Shown in pieces: positions 19,619-29,679 of a stretch of DNA of 64,000 nt. This DNA is from Nemertoderma westbladi (taxonomy: Eukaryota > Animalia > Xenacoelomorpha). The stretch is taken from NCBI GenBank assembly GCA_032718475.1, contig JAUCBJ010001846.1, positions 496,001 through 560,000 of the forward strand, given 5' to 3'. The stretch's first letter is position 1. Each line of letters begins with the position of its first letter. The notes under the pieces are model-generated. The model did no database searches and was not told where the DNA came from. It saw nothing but the letters and a program-made list of their open reading frames with translations. The translations under genes were made by a program, and so were the position numbers.

Positions 19619-21070
19619 ATGAGTCAGATCACCTTCACCAACATTCCTGTTGGCATTAAAACACCAGGTGTTTTTATTGACATTAAAAATCAACAGCAGC
19701 AAACAGGGCTGCCGCACGCCGATCAAAAAATACTGATTTTAGGTCAACGACTTGAATCAGGCGAACAAGCCGCCTTATCACCTGTACGCATTACATCCCC
19801 GTCCCAAGCGATGCGTCTATTTGGCAAAGGGTCAAACATAGCGCTTATGTGTGATGTGGTGTTAAAAAATGCACCCATAGCGCATATCAGCGCATGTGCA
19901 GCTGACGATCAAGATGACTTTGACACATCCGTTCACGCCATTACATTTGATGGCCAGGCCGAAGAAGCACAAGCCATGCAAATTCAAATAGGTCATCAAA
20001 GCATTACCAAAAACATCAGCATTGGGGATAGCGCAGCTGATATTGCAGAATTTTTCAAAGAAATTGTTGATGATGCAGAGCATTTAAGTGTTGCGGCAGA
20101 AATTGAAGACGCTGTATTAACCTTGACCGCGAAAAACAAAGGTGTACTGGGCAACATCAATATTAAAATACCAGCCTTACCACAAGGCTTAACTGCAGAA
20201 ATTGAACAAACCACAGCAGGTTCAGGCACACCTGATATAACCGATATCTTAGCGGCGATAGGTGATGCGCAATATACATCTATCATCAGCCCTTATTCAG
20301 GTGATGAGAGCATAAGTGCGATTGAAGATGAACTTGCAGACAGATTTTTACCCGAACAACAAAAAACAGGCCATGTGTTTACGGCGAAATTTGGCACACA
20401 TGCAGCGCTGATCACTTATGGATCAGATAGAAACAGCCCACATTCAAGTTGCTTAGGACTTAAAGACAGTCAAACACCAGAATATATCACAGCATGCATC
20501 TTTGCAGCCGCGTGTCATCAAGCAGGAAGCATCGATCCTGCTAGACCTTTTCAAACCTTAAGCCTTCAAGGTATTACACCGCCTAGCATTGAAAACAGAT
20601 TCACACAAACCGAGCGTAATTTATTGCTTCAAAACGGCATATCAACCAGCACAACAGATAATCAAGGCATTCAAAGATTGGAGCGTGTGATCACAACCTA
20701 TCAAAGCGATGCGCAAGGCCTGTCTGATGAAAGTTATTTAGATCTCAATTCCAAATGGACCATTGATTATATTCGTTTTGCCATCAACCAGCGCATTGCC
20801 CAAACCTTTCCAAGACACAAACTGGCAAATGATGGCACAAACTTCGCGCCAGGTCAGGCCATTGCAACACCTAAAATCATCAAAGCTGAGATCATCGCTT
20901 TGCTTCGAGACCTAGAAGAACATGGACTGATTGAAGATTTAAATGGATCGGTTGAACAAATTGAGGTTATTAGAAATCGTGATGATGCCAGTCGCGTGGA
21001 TGCATCTATCCCCGTGGATCTGATCAATGGCATGCGCGTGTTGGCTGCATCACTTGAATTTAAATTATAA
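19619..21070 (+). CDS. Contractile tail sheath (Mu gpL)
   Basis: ITF..IP...TPGVF, FGKGS, DPARPFQTL, ERNLLL..GIST, FPRHKLA. Confidence 0.95.
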   Translation: MSQITFTNIPVGIKTPGVFIDIKNQQQQTGLPHADQKILILGQRLESGEQAALSPVRITSPSQAMRLFGKGSNIALMCDVVLKNAPIAHISACAADDQDDFDTSVHAITFDGQAEEAQAMQIQIGHQSITKNISIGDSAADIAEFFKEIVDDAEHLSVAAEIEDAVLTLTAKNKGVLGNINIKIPALPQGLTAEIEQTTAGSGTPDITDILAAIGDAQYTSIISPYSGDESISAIEDELADRFLPEQQKTGHVFTAKFGTHAALITYGSDRNSPHSSCLGLKDSQTPEYITACIFAAACHQAGSIDPARPFQTLSLQGITPPSIENRFTQTERNLLLQNGISTSTTDNQGIQRLERVITTYQSDAQGLSDESYLDLNSKWTIDYIRFAINQRIAQTFPRHKLANDGTNFAPGQAIATPKIIKAEIIALLRDLEEHGLIEDLNGSVEQIEVIRNRDDASRVDASIPVDLINGMRVLAASLEFKL

Positions 21071-21079
21071 GGAGAAACC

Positions 21080-21439
21080 ATGAAACTCACAGGTATTGCA
21101 CAAATTAAACTCGGTGGTGATTTAATCAGATCCCAATCAGGCGCGAAACTGATGTTTGGAAACGCTGAACGAAACACCATTGTGGGGGCTAAGGGCGCGG
21201 ATGGTTACACCGAAAAACCAACCGCACCTGGCGTTGAGTGTCAGATTAGTCACAGCTCCGATACCTCATTTAAAAACCTAAGTGAAACAACAGACATCAC
21301 CATCACCTTTGAATGCGATACAGGCACCATCTATATCTTACGTCACGGGTGGCTGGCTAATTCAATTGAGTTTAGCGCAGATGAAAACGGGGTGTTTGAT
21401 GTCACATTTAACGCCATGAGTTGCGAGGAGGTCAGATGA
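21080..21439 (+). CDS. Tail tube (Mu gpM)
   Basis: 119 aa directly after the sheath; GYTEKP, TITFECDTG. Confidence 0.88.
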   Translation: MKLTGIAQIKLGGDLIRSQSGAKLMFGNAERNTIVGAKGADGYTEKPTAPGVECQISHSSDTSFKNLSETTDITITFECDTGTIYILRHGWLANSIEFSADENGVFDVTFNAMSCEEVR

Positions 21440-21777
21440 TTTCATTTGAACTGAAAACAGGCATCAAAGAAGGTGAACAAATTCATAAAAGTTGTGTCAT
21501 CAAACAAGCAAGCGCTGGTGATATTATTGATGCATCAACATCAGCTGAAAAAATTGTTGCCACGCCAAACGGTTATCAATTGGTGGTATCCGCTGTGCTT
21601 TTGGATCTAGAGCTTTTAAGACGACAGATCGTCAAAATTGGCTCAATTGAAGGGCCTATTTCAATGAAGTTGATCCGTCTTTTAACGGGCGAGGATTTAG
21701 GTCTCATCCAAAACGAGCAAGTCAAACTGGATCAAGCGGTTATCAACCAAGCTGTGATTGAGTCTAAAAAAAAGTGA
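21436..21777 (+). CDS. Tail assembly chaperone (gp41-like)
   Basis: GAGGAGG RBS; AGDIIDA..AEK, LRRQIVKIG.IEGP; lies between the tube and tape-measure genes. Confidence 0.82.
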   Translation: MISFELKTGIKEGEQIHKSCVIKQASAGDIIDASTSAEKIVATPNGYQLVVSAVLLDLELLRRQIVKIGSIEGPISMKLIRLLTGEDLGLIQNEQVKLDQAVINQAVIESKKK

Positions 21778-21929
21778 TTGAGGCCAGATGCCGTGATATT
21801 ACCCAATCAATCGCATCACTTGGTCAAATTCTTCATTTTTCAAAAGCAGATTATCTGAAAATGAATGAGCTTGAAATCTGTCAATTAATCGTTCAAATAA
21901 ATAAGCAAAATGACCGAGCTCGTCGCTAA
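21766..21929 (+). other. Programmed -1 frameshift site (A AAA AAG) and chaperone extension frame
   Basis: AAAAAAAAG directly precedes TGA. The -1 frame is open for 51 codons (IASLGQILHFSKADYLKMNELEI) to TAA 21927-21929, overlapping the TMP start. Confidence 0.8.
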
Positions 21930-23769
21930 AATTACCTTGGGCTTAAATGATAAGTTAAGCCGAGGCGTTCAACGTACGGGCCGACAAATTGGTCAGTTCT
22001 CCAAGCGCTCGAGACAACAGTTAAAACGCCTGCAATCAGGGTTTGGTACTCTGGGCAGAGGCGTTGATAAACTAGCGAATCGTTACAGTGCGATTATCTC
22101 AACGGCAGCTTTGGGGGTTGCTGTGAAAAAGGTGGGTGATTTGGATGCCAGATTGGAGCGCATGGGAACGCAAGCTGGGCGTTCGACACAGGATATGCAA
22201 CAGCTCAAAGATGAGATTTTCAGCATCGCCAATCAACAAGAAATACGCACCGATCCAACAGGTATGCTCGATGCTATTGACTCAATTGTTGAAAAAACAG
22301 GCAACCTTGATTTTGCCAAAGAGAATTTAAGAAACATTGGCCTTGTCATGCAGGCCACAGGCGCACAAGGTAAAGATGTGGGGGAGATGCTGGCTGAGTT
22401 TGAGAAACTAGGCATTAAAGGAACTGATGGTGTGATGCAAGCCATTGCCATTTTAAATGAGCAAGGCAAGATGGGTGCATTTACCCTTCAAGAGCTTGCA
22501 AAATTAGGCCCTAGAGTGATCAATGCCTATGCGCCGATGGCATCGAGTATTGGTCCTCAAATGCTCAAAGAGATGGGTGCAGTGCTGCAGGTCATTCGAA
22601 TGGCAACAGGTTCATCGGAACAGGCAGCCACTTCATTTGAAGCGATGATGGGATCTTTATCTGATGTGACAAAAATCAAAAAACTGCAAAAAATTGGCGT
22701 ACAGGTGTTTGATCCCAAACTACTTGAAGAAGGTCAGAAAAAACTGCGCCCAATCAATGAATTATTTACTGATATCATCAAGCAATCTAAAGGAGACATC
22801 ACGGTTTTAGGCTCTATATTTGGAATACAAGATCAAAGAGCTTTAAATAAACTGCTTGAAGAATATGGCAGAACTAAAGGTTTTAAATCCCTTGAAAAAT
22901 TCATGGATGTACAAGGTAATGCCGCTCAAGTGTTAAAAGATTCTGCCCGAAATGCTAAAACCTTCAATGCTGCCATGCAATCACTCACCAATACCTTAAA
23001 TAGTCTGGCCAATGAGACTTTATCTAACCCAATTCAGTCATTAGCCGATGCCATCAATGACATTGACCCAGAGCGACTCAAAACCATTATAGAGCGCTTG
23101 GGTAAAATTGGCTTGGCCATCGGGGGCATTATTGCTGCCCGTGCAGTATTTCGAATGGGTGGTGGCATGTTCAAAGGACTAGGTGCAGGCAGTGCAAAAT
23201 TAGGGGGACCCAGTGCGATGAATGCACTCGCTGCTCCTGGGGTATCCATGGCACGACCCATGTATGTGTATGTGGTGAATCAGTCAGGCGATGGGTTTGT
23301 GGGCGGTGGCTCAGGGCCAGGTAAAGGCAAGCCTAAAATTGGTGGACCAAAGCAATCAAGATGGAGGCAACTAGGCGGTAAAGCACTCAAAGGCACTCCT
23401 TTGTTAGGACTTGGTTTAGCTGCAATGGAGGGTTACAACGTCATCACATCTAATACTCCTACGCAAGAAAAAATACATGCAGGCGGTGAGTTGGCAGGTG
23501 GTGGATTAGGTGCTTGGGGTGGTGCAGTTTTGGGTGCATCAATTGGTTCAGCGGTGCCCGTGATTGGAACAGCCATCGGTGGCGCATTGGGTGGGCTACT
23601 TGGCTATTTTGGTGGATCACATCTTGGTGGAGAGGCAGCTGATTGGATCACCGCCGCTGACAAAATATCAGACGCAGCAGATAAAATGGACAAAGCCGCC
23701 GATAAAGAAAAAACCATCAAAATAACCGATCAAAAAGGGCGTAAACTTAACACAGGGTCCATCCAATGA
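21910..23769 (+). CDS. Tail tape measure protein
   Basis: 619 aa, Ala/Gly-rich and helical; QGKMGAFTL..LA..GPR, EQAATSFE, Gly-rich C-terminus. Confidence 0.9.
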   Translation: MTELVAKITLGLNDKLSRGVQRTGRQIGQFSKRSRQQLKRLQSGFGTLGRGVDKLANRYSAIISTAALGVAVKKVGDLDARLERMGTQAGRSTQDMQQLKDEIFSIANQQEIRTDPTGMLDAIDSIVEKTGNLDFAKENLRNIGLVMQATGAQGKDVGEMLAEFEKLGIKGTDGVMQAIAILNEQGKMGAFTLQELAKLGPRVINAYAPMASSIGPQMLKEMGAVLQVIRMATGSSEQAATSFEAMMGSLSDVTKIKKLQKIGVQVFDPKLLEEGQKKLRPINELFTDIIKQSKGDITVLGSIFGIQDQRALNKLLEEYGRTKGFKSLEKFMDVQGNAAQVLKDSARNAKTFNAAMQSLTNTLNSLANETLSNPIQSLADAINDIDPERLKTIIERLGKIGLAIGGIIAARAVFRMGGGMFKGLGAGSAKLGGPSAMNALAAPGVSMARPMYVYVVNQSGDGFVGGGSGPGKGKPKIGGPKQSRWRQLGGKALKGTPLLGLGLAAMEGYNVITSNTPTQEKIHAGGELAGGGLGAWGGAVLGASIGSAVPVIGTAIGGALGGLLGYFGGSHLGGEAADWITAADKISDAADKMDKAADKEKTIKITDQKGRKLNTGSIQ

Positions 23770-24812
23770 GCTGGCATGATCAACTCATCCCCGCCAAAAT
23801 TGGCAACATTGATTTTTTGATCAAATCGCATGATGCACAATTTGGCAGACGCACTCAAACCCACAGCTTTCCTAATCAAGATCAAAGCTATACCCAAGAT
23901 TTAGGCAAAAGCCCAAGACAGCTCAATATTCAAGGCTATTTGTTGGGTGATGCTTATGCAATCAATCGAGACGCATTAATTGCGCTATCTGAGGCCGAAT
24001 CAAATGTCACCCTTCACCACCCCTACCTAGGCGTGATGCAAGTGGTTTTAAAATCATTAAAACTTAAAGAACAAACCGATCAAGGCCGCATTGCACAGAT
24101 TACATTAAGCCTTTGTGAGCAAGGTGATACACCTTTACTCAAAACCTCTATCAATTCCCAAAAACAACTTACCGATCAAGTTGTCATCACGCAAGCATCC
24201 AGCAGATCGGTATTTGAAGCAAGCTTTATCAACACACCATCCAATTTAATTAGATCGCATACACAAAGTCTTGCCGATCAACTGTCAGAGGATTTGGGGG
24301 TGGCGATTGACATTAGAAGCAATCTATACGATCAAATTGAATCGGGTTTGAAAGCTGTCAATAACCCCATATCCTTTTTTGGTTGGGGTGATGTTTTTCA
24401 GACCATTGAGATTTTAAGTACACCGCGCAAAATTCAAGCGCAAAACCAACAAAACCTCATTCAATCCGTGCAAACGGCAGCGGTGATTGAAGCTGTGCAA
24501 AATACCATTACACAAGATAAAAAAACAGATCAAACCATTCATACAATCCAAACCAAACTAACCGAACTGTCAAACCTTTCAACCGACCATCACCACACCC
24601 TCACACTTAATAAACTACAAGTACTTTTAAGCCAAAGCCAATTTAATCAAACCAGCAATCTTTTAGCACTTGAAGTTGCAACACAAACACCTGCATTAGT
24701 TTTGGCTTATCGTTTTTTAAATGATGCCAACCAAGACCAAAACCTAACCCAAAACCAACCCTTTTCCCACCCGCTTTTAATGGCTAAAAAAGTTAAATAT
24801 CATGTCAGTTGA
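23766..24812 (+). CDS. Mu gpN-like DNA circularisation protein
   Basis: MSWHDQL..A, GRR...H.FP..D, DLG, LHHPYLG. Confidence 0.88.
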   Translation: MSWHDQLIPAKIGNIDFLIKSHDAQFGRRTQTHSFPNQDQSYTQDLGKSPRQLNIQGYLLGDAYAINRDALIALSEAESNVTLHHPYLGVMQVVLKSLKLKEQTDQGRIAQITLSLCEQGDTPLLKTSINSQKQLTDQVVITQASSRSVFEASFINTPSNLIRSHTQSLADQLSEDLGVAIDIRSNLYDQIESGLKAVNNPISFFGWGDVFQTIEILSTPRKIQAQNQQNLIQSVQTAAVIEAVQNTITQDKKTDQTIHTIQTKLTELSNLSTDHHHTLTLNKLQVLLSQSQFNQTSNLLALEVATQTPALVLAYRFLNDANQDQNLTQNQPFSHPLLMAKKVKYHVS

Positions 24813-25773
24813 GCTGCATATCGAAGGGCTGATATTAAGTGGCTGGACGCATGTAAGCATTAGCCGCTTAACAAATGATTTGGCGGGTGAATTTGAATTA
24901 GGGCTGACCAATAAAACCTTAAATCAACTACCTGTTAAAGTTGCTCAAAAATGCTTGATCAAATATAAAAACCAAACACTTTTAACAGGCTATATTGATG
25001 TCTTTAATTGTAACTACAGCGCTGATGAACAACAAGTAAGCGTATCAGGTCGTGATGTGACCTCTGTTTTAGTTGATTCATCGATTGAATCTGTAGGTTT
25101 TTCCCAACAAACCGCACCTCAAATTATCACACAACTCATCAATCCATTTGGCATTGCTTTAATTGATCAAAGCAGCGTGAAATTTGAGCCCATTGAAAAC
25201 TTTCAAACCAACCCTGGCGATCTTTTAATTGATGCGATCAAACGCTTGGTTAAATCAAACAATATTAGCCTTTCAACCGATGGCTTGGGCAATCTTATTT
25301 TAAATAGCGACAAACCAGAACCCACAAACGCCACTCTTGAAACAGGTCGCAATATTTTAAGCGCTGAGGCAAGCTTTGACATCACCGATCAATTTTCAGA
25401 CATTACAGTACTTGGTCAAGCACAATCTGATGACTTTTTTCCTGCCCAAAATGCACAAAGCGCGAAGCATCAAATTAAAGAACCGAATGTGCCATTTTAT
25501 AAACCATTGGTGCTGATTGCCGATGACAATGCCACCCAAAGCAACACGCAAACACGTGCAGAATTTGAAATAAAAAACAGACGCAAGAATGCCACACAAA
25601 TTAATTACACTGTGTGTGGTTGGGAATCATCAGAAGGAAAAGTTTGGAAGCCAGGGCAAGCGGTGTATGTGAAAGATTCTATACTAAACATCAATTTAAA
25701 CATGCAAGTGAATCAAGTGAAGCTAGTGCTTGATGAGGGTGGGCAAAAGGCACAGATTGTTTGCGCAAAATAG
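24802..25773 (+). CDS. Baseplate hub (Mu gpP/gp44)
   Basis: SGWT.V.I.R, GYID, SGRD.T..LVDSS, G.NIL, FS.ITV.GQ, W.PG. Confidence 0.9.
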   Translation: MSVELHIEGLILSGWTHVSISRLTNDLAGEFELGLTNKTLNQLPVKVAQKCLIKYKNQTLLTGYIDVFNCNYSADEQQVSVSGRDVTSVLVDSSIESVGFSQQTAPQIITQLINPFGIALIDQSSVKFEPIENFQTNPGDLLIDAIKRLVKSNNISLSTDGLGNLILNSDKPEPTNATLETGRNILSAEASFDITDQFSDITVLGQAQSDDFFPAQNAQSAKHQIKEPNVPFYKPLVLIADDNATQSNTQTRAEFEIKNRRKNATQINYTVCGWESSEGKVWKPGQAVYVKDSILNINLNMQVNQVKLVLDEGGQKAQIVCAK

Positions 25774-25779
25774 ACTGAA

Positions 25780-25798
25780 TCACCCAAGTCACAATACC
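25780..25798 (+). promoter_or_regulatory. 19-bp motif, copy 2, upstream of the spike gene
   Basis: Identical to 15789-15807. Confidence 0.6.
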
Positions 25799-25829
25799 TA
25801 AAACCGCTCAACTTTTAGATCATAAAAGC

Positions 25830-26321
25830 ATGAGCAATCCTATCAAAAATTTAATCACCCGCTGTCTTGCCAAAATTGTGAAAGACAGCAAAGGCATCCA
25901 GCGCATGCAAGTCACAGGCTTTAGTGATGAGGTGATTGATAACGTGCAGCGTATTCAAAACTATGGTGTAACCTCACATCCTAAACAAGGTGCAGAAGCT
26001 ATTTGCATATCTCGAGGTGGTGCGCGATCAGATACCATTTGTATTGCGTGCGATGATTCTCGTTTTCGTATTCAAAATTTAGAAGAAGGTGAAGTCTGCT
26101 TATACACAGACGAAGGCGACACCATCCATTTTAAACGCGGCCAATTAATTGAAATCACCGCTCAAACAAAACTTAAAATCACCTCACCGCAAGTTGAAAT
26201 TGAAGGTGATCTAAAAGTTTCAGGCAACATTGAATCGGAAAATGATATTAAGGCAGGCTCAATTAGTCTGAAAGATCACATTCATCAAACACCACAAGGT
26301 TTCACCCAAAGACCGCAATGA
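25830..26321 (+). CDS. Baseplate spike (Mu gp45)
   Basis: QNYGVTSHP..GAE, GG.RS, GEVCLY; C-terminal ISLKDHIH metal-binding motif. Confidence 0.92.
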   Translation: MSNPIKNLITRCLAKIVKDSKGIQRMQVTGFSDEVIDNVQRIQNYGVTSHPKQGAEAICISRGGARSDTICIACDDSRFRIQNLEEGEVCLYTDEGDTIHFKRGQLIEITAQTKLKITSPQVEIEGDLKVSGNIESENDIKAGSISLKDHIHQTPQGFTQRPQ

Positions 26322-26731
26322 TGGATATCAAATCACAATTTCACCCCCTTAATCAATCCATTGACTATTCACTTGGTGTTTTGGGTTTAACACAAGATGA
26401 TGGACTAGAAAGCAAAATAATTATCTCGCTTTTTACAGACAAACGAGTGAGCCAAAAAGAAGTTGAGTTGGGCGAAGATGTGCGCGGGTTTTGGGGCAAT
26501 ACTTTTACAGGTAAAAATATAGGCTCAAAACTTTGGCTACTTAAACGATCAACCATCAACCAAACCACCCTTAATCTTGCACGACAATACACACTAGATG
26601 CACTTGGTTGGTTAATTAAAGAAAAGATTGCTCAATCAATTGACGTCACATCCACCGCTATTTCTGGCCATATTTTAGGGCTTATAGTAATCGTTGATCA
26701 AAGTACTTTTAGCTATTACGTTGACTTATGA
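26318..26731 (+). CDS. Mu gp46-like baseplate protein
   Basis: IISLFTDKR, RGFWG, IGSKLWLLKR, ALGWL. Confidence 0.92.
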   Translation: MMDIKSQFHPLNQSIDYSLGVLGLTQDDGLESKIIISLFTDKRVSQKEVELGEDVRGFWGNTFTGKNIGSKLWLLKRSTINQTTLNLARQYTLDALGWLIKEKIAQSIDVTSTAISGHILGLIVIVDQSTFSYYVDL

Positions 26732-27792
26732 CCGCCTTTACCCGCCCATCTGTCAAAGATTTAATCACCCGCAATATTGCTGAAATTAGTGCGCGATTGC
26801 CTGATGCGGATGCAAGCACCCCACAAAGCAACCTTAATGTATTATCCCATGTGCTTGCAGGTGGATTTCATGGGCTGTATGGCGCACTAGATGTTTTGGC
26901 CAAAAACGTAATGTTAGATACCTGTAATGAGGCCTACGTCCTTCGATTTTCCAACTTTTATGGCGTTGAAAGATTAAGGGCTCGCAAATCACAAGGACAG
27001 GCGACATTTACAGGCAATGAAGGTGCCTTAATTCTTGCGGGAACACAAATTAAAGCAGGTGAGCTTATCTTTCAAACCACGCAAGATGCTGTCATTCAAA
27101 GCGCAGGCAACGTAACCGTAATGATTGAGTCGGTTGCGTCAGGTCAATCTCAAAATATTGCGTCCACCACCATGCAGCTGGTTAACCCCATCACCTCAAT
27201 TAACGCAGAAGTTATCACCACACAAACCGAAGGTGGTGTGAACATTGAATCGATTGAAGCACTGCGCGCTAGAGTTCTGCTGCAACTTCAAACCCCGCCT
27301 AGGGGCGGCACACCATCTGATTATATCTTTTGGGCGAAATCAGCTAATCCAGCAGTAACCCGTGTGTGGGTGTATCCAAATGAGTTGGCTTTAGGCACGG
27401 TCACGCTTCGCATCGTCACAGATCATGCAGATTCTTTAATTGCTGATCAAATTTTACTGGATGAAGTCAAAGACTATATTGAACAAAAACGCCCTGTTGG
27501 CTCTGCTGAATTATTTGTGACCACACCAAGCTTGCGCCTTTGTGATTTTGAAATTGAACTCAAAGTGGCTGATACCCAAGCCATTCGAGAAGAGATCACA
27601 CAAAACTTATCTGATCTTTTAAGCCTTAGCCAAGCGCCAGGGGCAACGGTGCTTTACAACGATATCATCCAAACCATCTCATCAAGCGAAGGTGAGGTTA
27701 ACCACACCCTTCATCAGCCAACAGCCGACATTACCACACAGACAGGAGAACTACCTGTATTGGGTGAAATTATTTGGAGAACATCATCATGA
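26728..27792 (+). CDS. Baseplate J / Mu gp47 wedge protein
   Basis: FTRPS, GG...ES.EALRAR, PPRGG..DY..WA, VTRVWV.P. Confidence 0.92.
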   Translation: MTAFTRPSVKDLITRNIAEISARLPDADASTPQSNLNVLSHVLAGGFHGLYGALDVLAKNVMLDTCNEAYVLRFSNFYGVERLRARKSQGQATFTGNEGALILAGTQIKAGELIFQTTQDAVIQSAGNVTVMIESVASGQSQNIASTTMQLVNPITSINAEVITTQTEGGVNIESIEALRARVLLQLQTPPRGGTPSDYIFWAKSANPAVTRVWVYPNELALGTVTLRIVTDHADSLIADQILLDEVKDYIEQKRPVGSAELFVTTPSLRLCDFEIELKVADTQAIREEITQNLSDLLSLSQAPGATVLYNDIIQTISSSEGEVNHTLHQPTADITTQTGELPVLGEIIWRTSS

Positions 27793-28316
27793 GATTAAGC
27801 CATGAAAAATACACACAAGCATTGACTCAACTATTACCACAAGGCGATGCCTGGAAAGGCGAAACTTTGCACCAACTTATCAAAGCCTGGGCCGCCGAGT
27901 TTAAACGCTTTGATGCGCGAATGAATGATTTATTAGATGAATCAGACCCTAGAAATGCAAATGAACTACTGCCTGATTATGAGCGCATGCTTAATCTACC
28001 TGGTCCTTGTGTAGCTTCTTTAAGCCCAACGCAACAAGCCCGTGTGAGGTCTGTGATCAACATTTTAAAAAGAAAAGCGCCCATCACACAAAACGATTTA
28101 ATGGATGTTGCACAAAGCTTAGGCATCACAATAATCATTGATGATATAAGGCCTGCTTATTTTGGCCAGGCAAGATTTGGCATCACGCCTATTTATAATC
28201 AAATGGCCAGATGGTTTTTGATGATTAAGTCAAACGATGATATACGCATTTTAAAATGCATGTTATCTGATCTTGTTTTAGCTGATAGACAAGTTGTATT
28301 TTCGGAGGTAGCCTAA
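27789..28316 (+). CDS. Mu gp48 / YmfQ-like baseplate protein
   Basis: LLPQGDAW, E.DPR...ELLPDYER.L.LP; ATGA overlap with gp47. Confidence 0.9.
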   Translation: MRLSHEKYTQALTQLLPQGDAWKGETLHQLIKAWAAEFKRFDARMNDLLDESDPRNANELLPDYERMLNLPGPCVASLSPTQQARVRSVINILKRKAPITQNDLMDVAQSLGITIIIDDIRPAYFGQARFGITPIYNQMARWFLMIKSNDDIRILKCMLSDLVLADRQVVFSEVA

Positions 28317-29032
28317 TGGATTACCCCAGATCACAAGCACAAGCGCTACATCTTAATGCTGACAATCAATTTACCGATGGGGATATTCAGGCAGGTGTAC
28401 CTGCCAGTATTATTCCATCAATTTGGGCCAATGCATTAACTGATGAGATGCTGGAGGTCATCAGACAAGCAGGCTTTACACCTAATGAACAAAACAGCAA
28501 CCAGCTTTATCAATCAATCAGACTGATTGCACCACCTCCCGTGGGCGTTATTTTTCCATACGCATCAAATAATATGCCAGATGGCTATATTGAATGTAGC
28601 GGCGCCACCATCAGCCGAGAAACCTACCAAGACCTATTTAATGTCATTGGCACAACCTATGGCCAAGGCGATGGTTCAACCACCTTTAACTTACCCAACT
28701 TTACCAATGGCAATATTCCCATATCAACAGGCACAACCTCATCAGGTCAAACTTTAAACCTAGGCGATCAAACAGAAGGTGAGCTTCCCAACGTATCTGA
28801 TTCAACCCATCAATTTACCACACGCTCCACCTATAGCGATTCATCAGGTGCTTTAAGAACATCCGTGCAAAGCCGCGTCAACATCACATCCCCCATCTCT
28901 AACGGCTCAGGCAGCTACTCTAAACTTTCTGTTAATTTGCGAAATGCAAACACAATTTATGGCGGTCAAGATGGCAGTGCATCTGCTGTGTTGCCAAAAG
29001 GTATTGCTTGTAAATGGATCATTAAATACTAA
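28316..29032 (+). CDS. Short tail fibre protein with a collar domain
   Basis: MDYP..FTDGD...PAS..W.N.LTDE; collar motif PDGYIECSG..ISRETY.DLF.VIGT.YG.GDGSTTFNLP. Confidence 0.88.
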   Translation: MDYPRSQAQALHLNADNQFTDGDIQAGVPASIIPSIWANALTDEMLEVIRQAGFTPNEQNSNQLYQSIRLIAPPPVGVIFPYASNNMPDGYIECSGATISRETYQDLFNVIGTTYGQGDGSTTFNLPNFTNGNIPISTGTTSSGQTLNLGDQTEGELPNVSDSTHQFTTRSTYSDSSGALRTSVQSRVNITSPISNGSGSYSKLSVNLRNANTIYGGQDGSASAVLPKGIACKWIIKY

Positions 29033-29037
29033 AAATT

Positions 29038-29679
29038 ATGCAAATACTGACGTATCAAGAAATTCATAACCAAAAAATCATCACAGGTTTACAGCCTGCA
29101 CCGATCGACCCTTTGGAATCTGAAAAACAAGATGAAGATGTTTACTTGGTTCCTGCCAACTCAATGCTTACAACCATCGAGCACCTTCCAGAAACCCAAA
29201 ACAACCAAGTGTTAATTATTACAGGTAACAACATACCTGCAAGCATCGATAATATTCAAATAATAACCAGTCAAATGGGTCAAAACTACTGGACGGTGGA
29301 AAACAACCAATACATCCAAAAAACCATCCAAACCTTAGACGAACAAATCCCACAAGATGCACTCATACAACCCCCCACAGAACAACAACAATTAGCACTT
29401 TTGCCAATTGAAGCACAATACGAAATCTTAAAAGACAAACTAATTGATGCCCTTAATATTTGGCAATTCAACATCGTCAAATCCTATGACTACCGCAGCA
29501 TCACACAAGCCGTACTAGATGATGAAGCACCAGCCTTTAAAGCGTGGGATACTGCCTGCCTTGAAAAAGCACGCGAGCTAAAAGCAAAAGTTGCAGCAGG
29601 CGAACTGTCGGTTGAAATACTAACCCCAGAATACTTCATTGCACAAATGCCAAATTTGGAGGACTACCTAAATGAATAA
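29038..29679 (+). CDS. Probable tail fibre assembly/chaperone protein
   Basis: DPLES...VYLVPANS, follows the fibre gene. Its C-terminus is shared with 35086-35565. Confidence 0.6.
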   Translation: MQILTYQEIHNQKIITGLQPAPIDPLESEKQDEDVYLVPANSMLTTIEHLPETQNNQVLIITGNNIPASIDNIQIITSQMGQNYWTVENNQYIQKTIQTLDEQIPQDALIQPPTEQQQLALLPIEAQYEILKDKLIDALNIWQFNIVKSYDYRSITQAVLDDEAPAFKAWDTACLEKARELKAKVAAGELSVEILTPEYFIAQMPNLEDYLNE

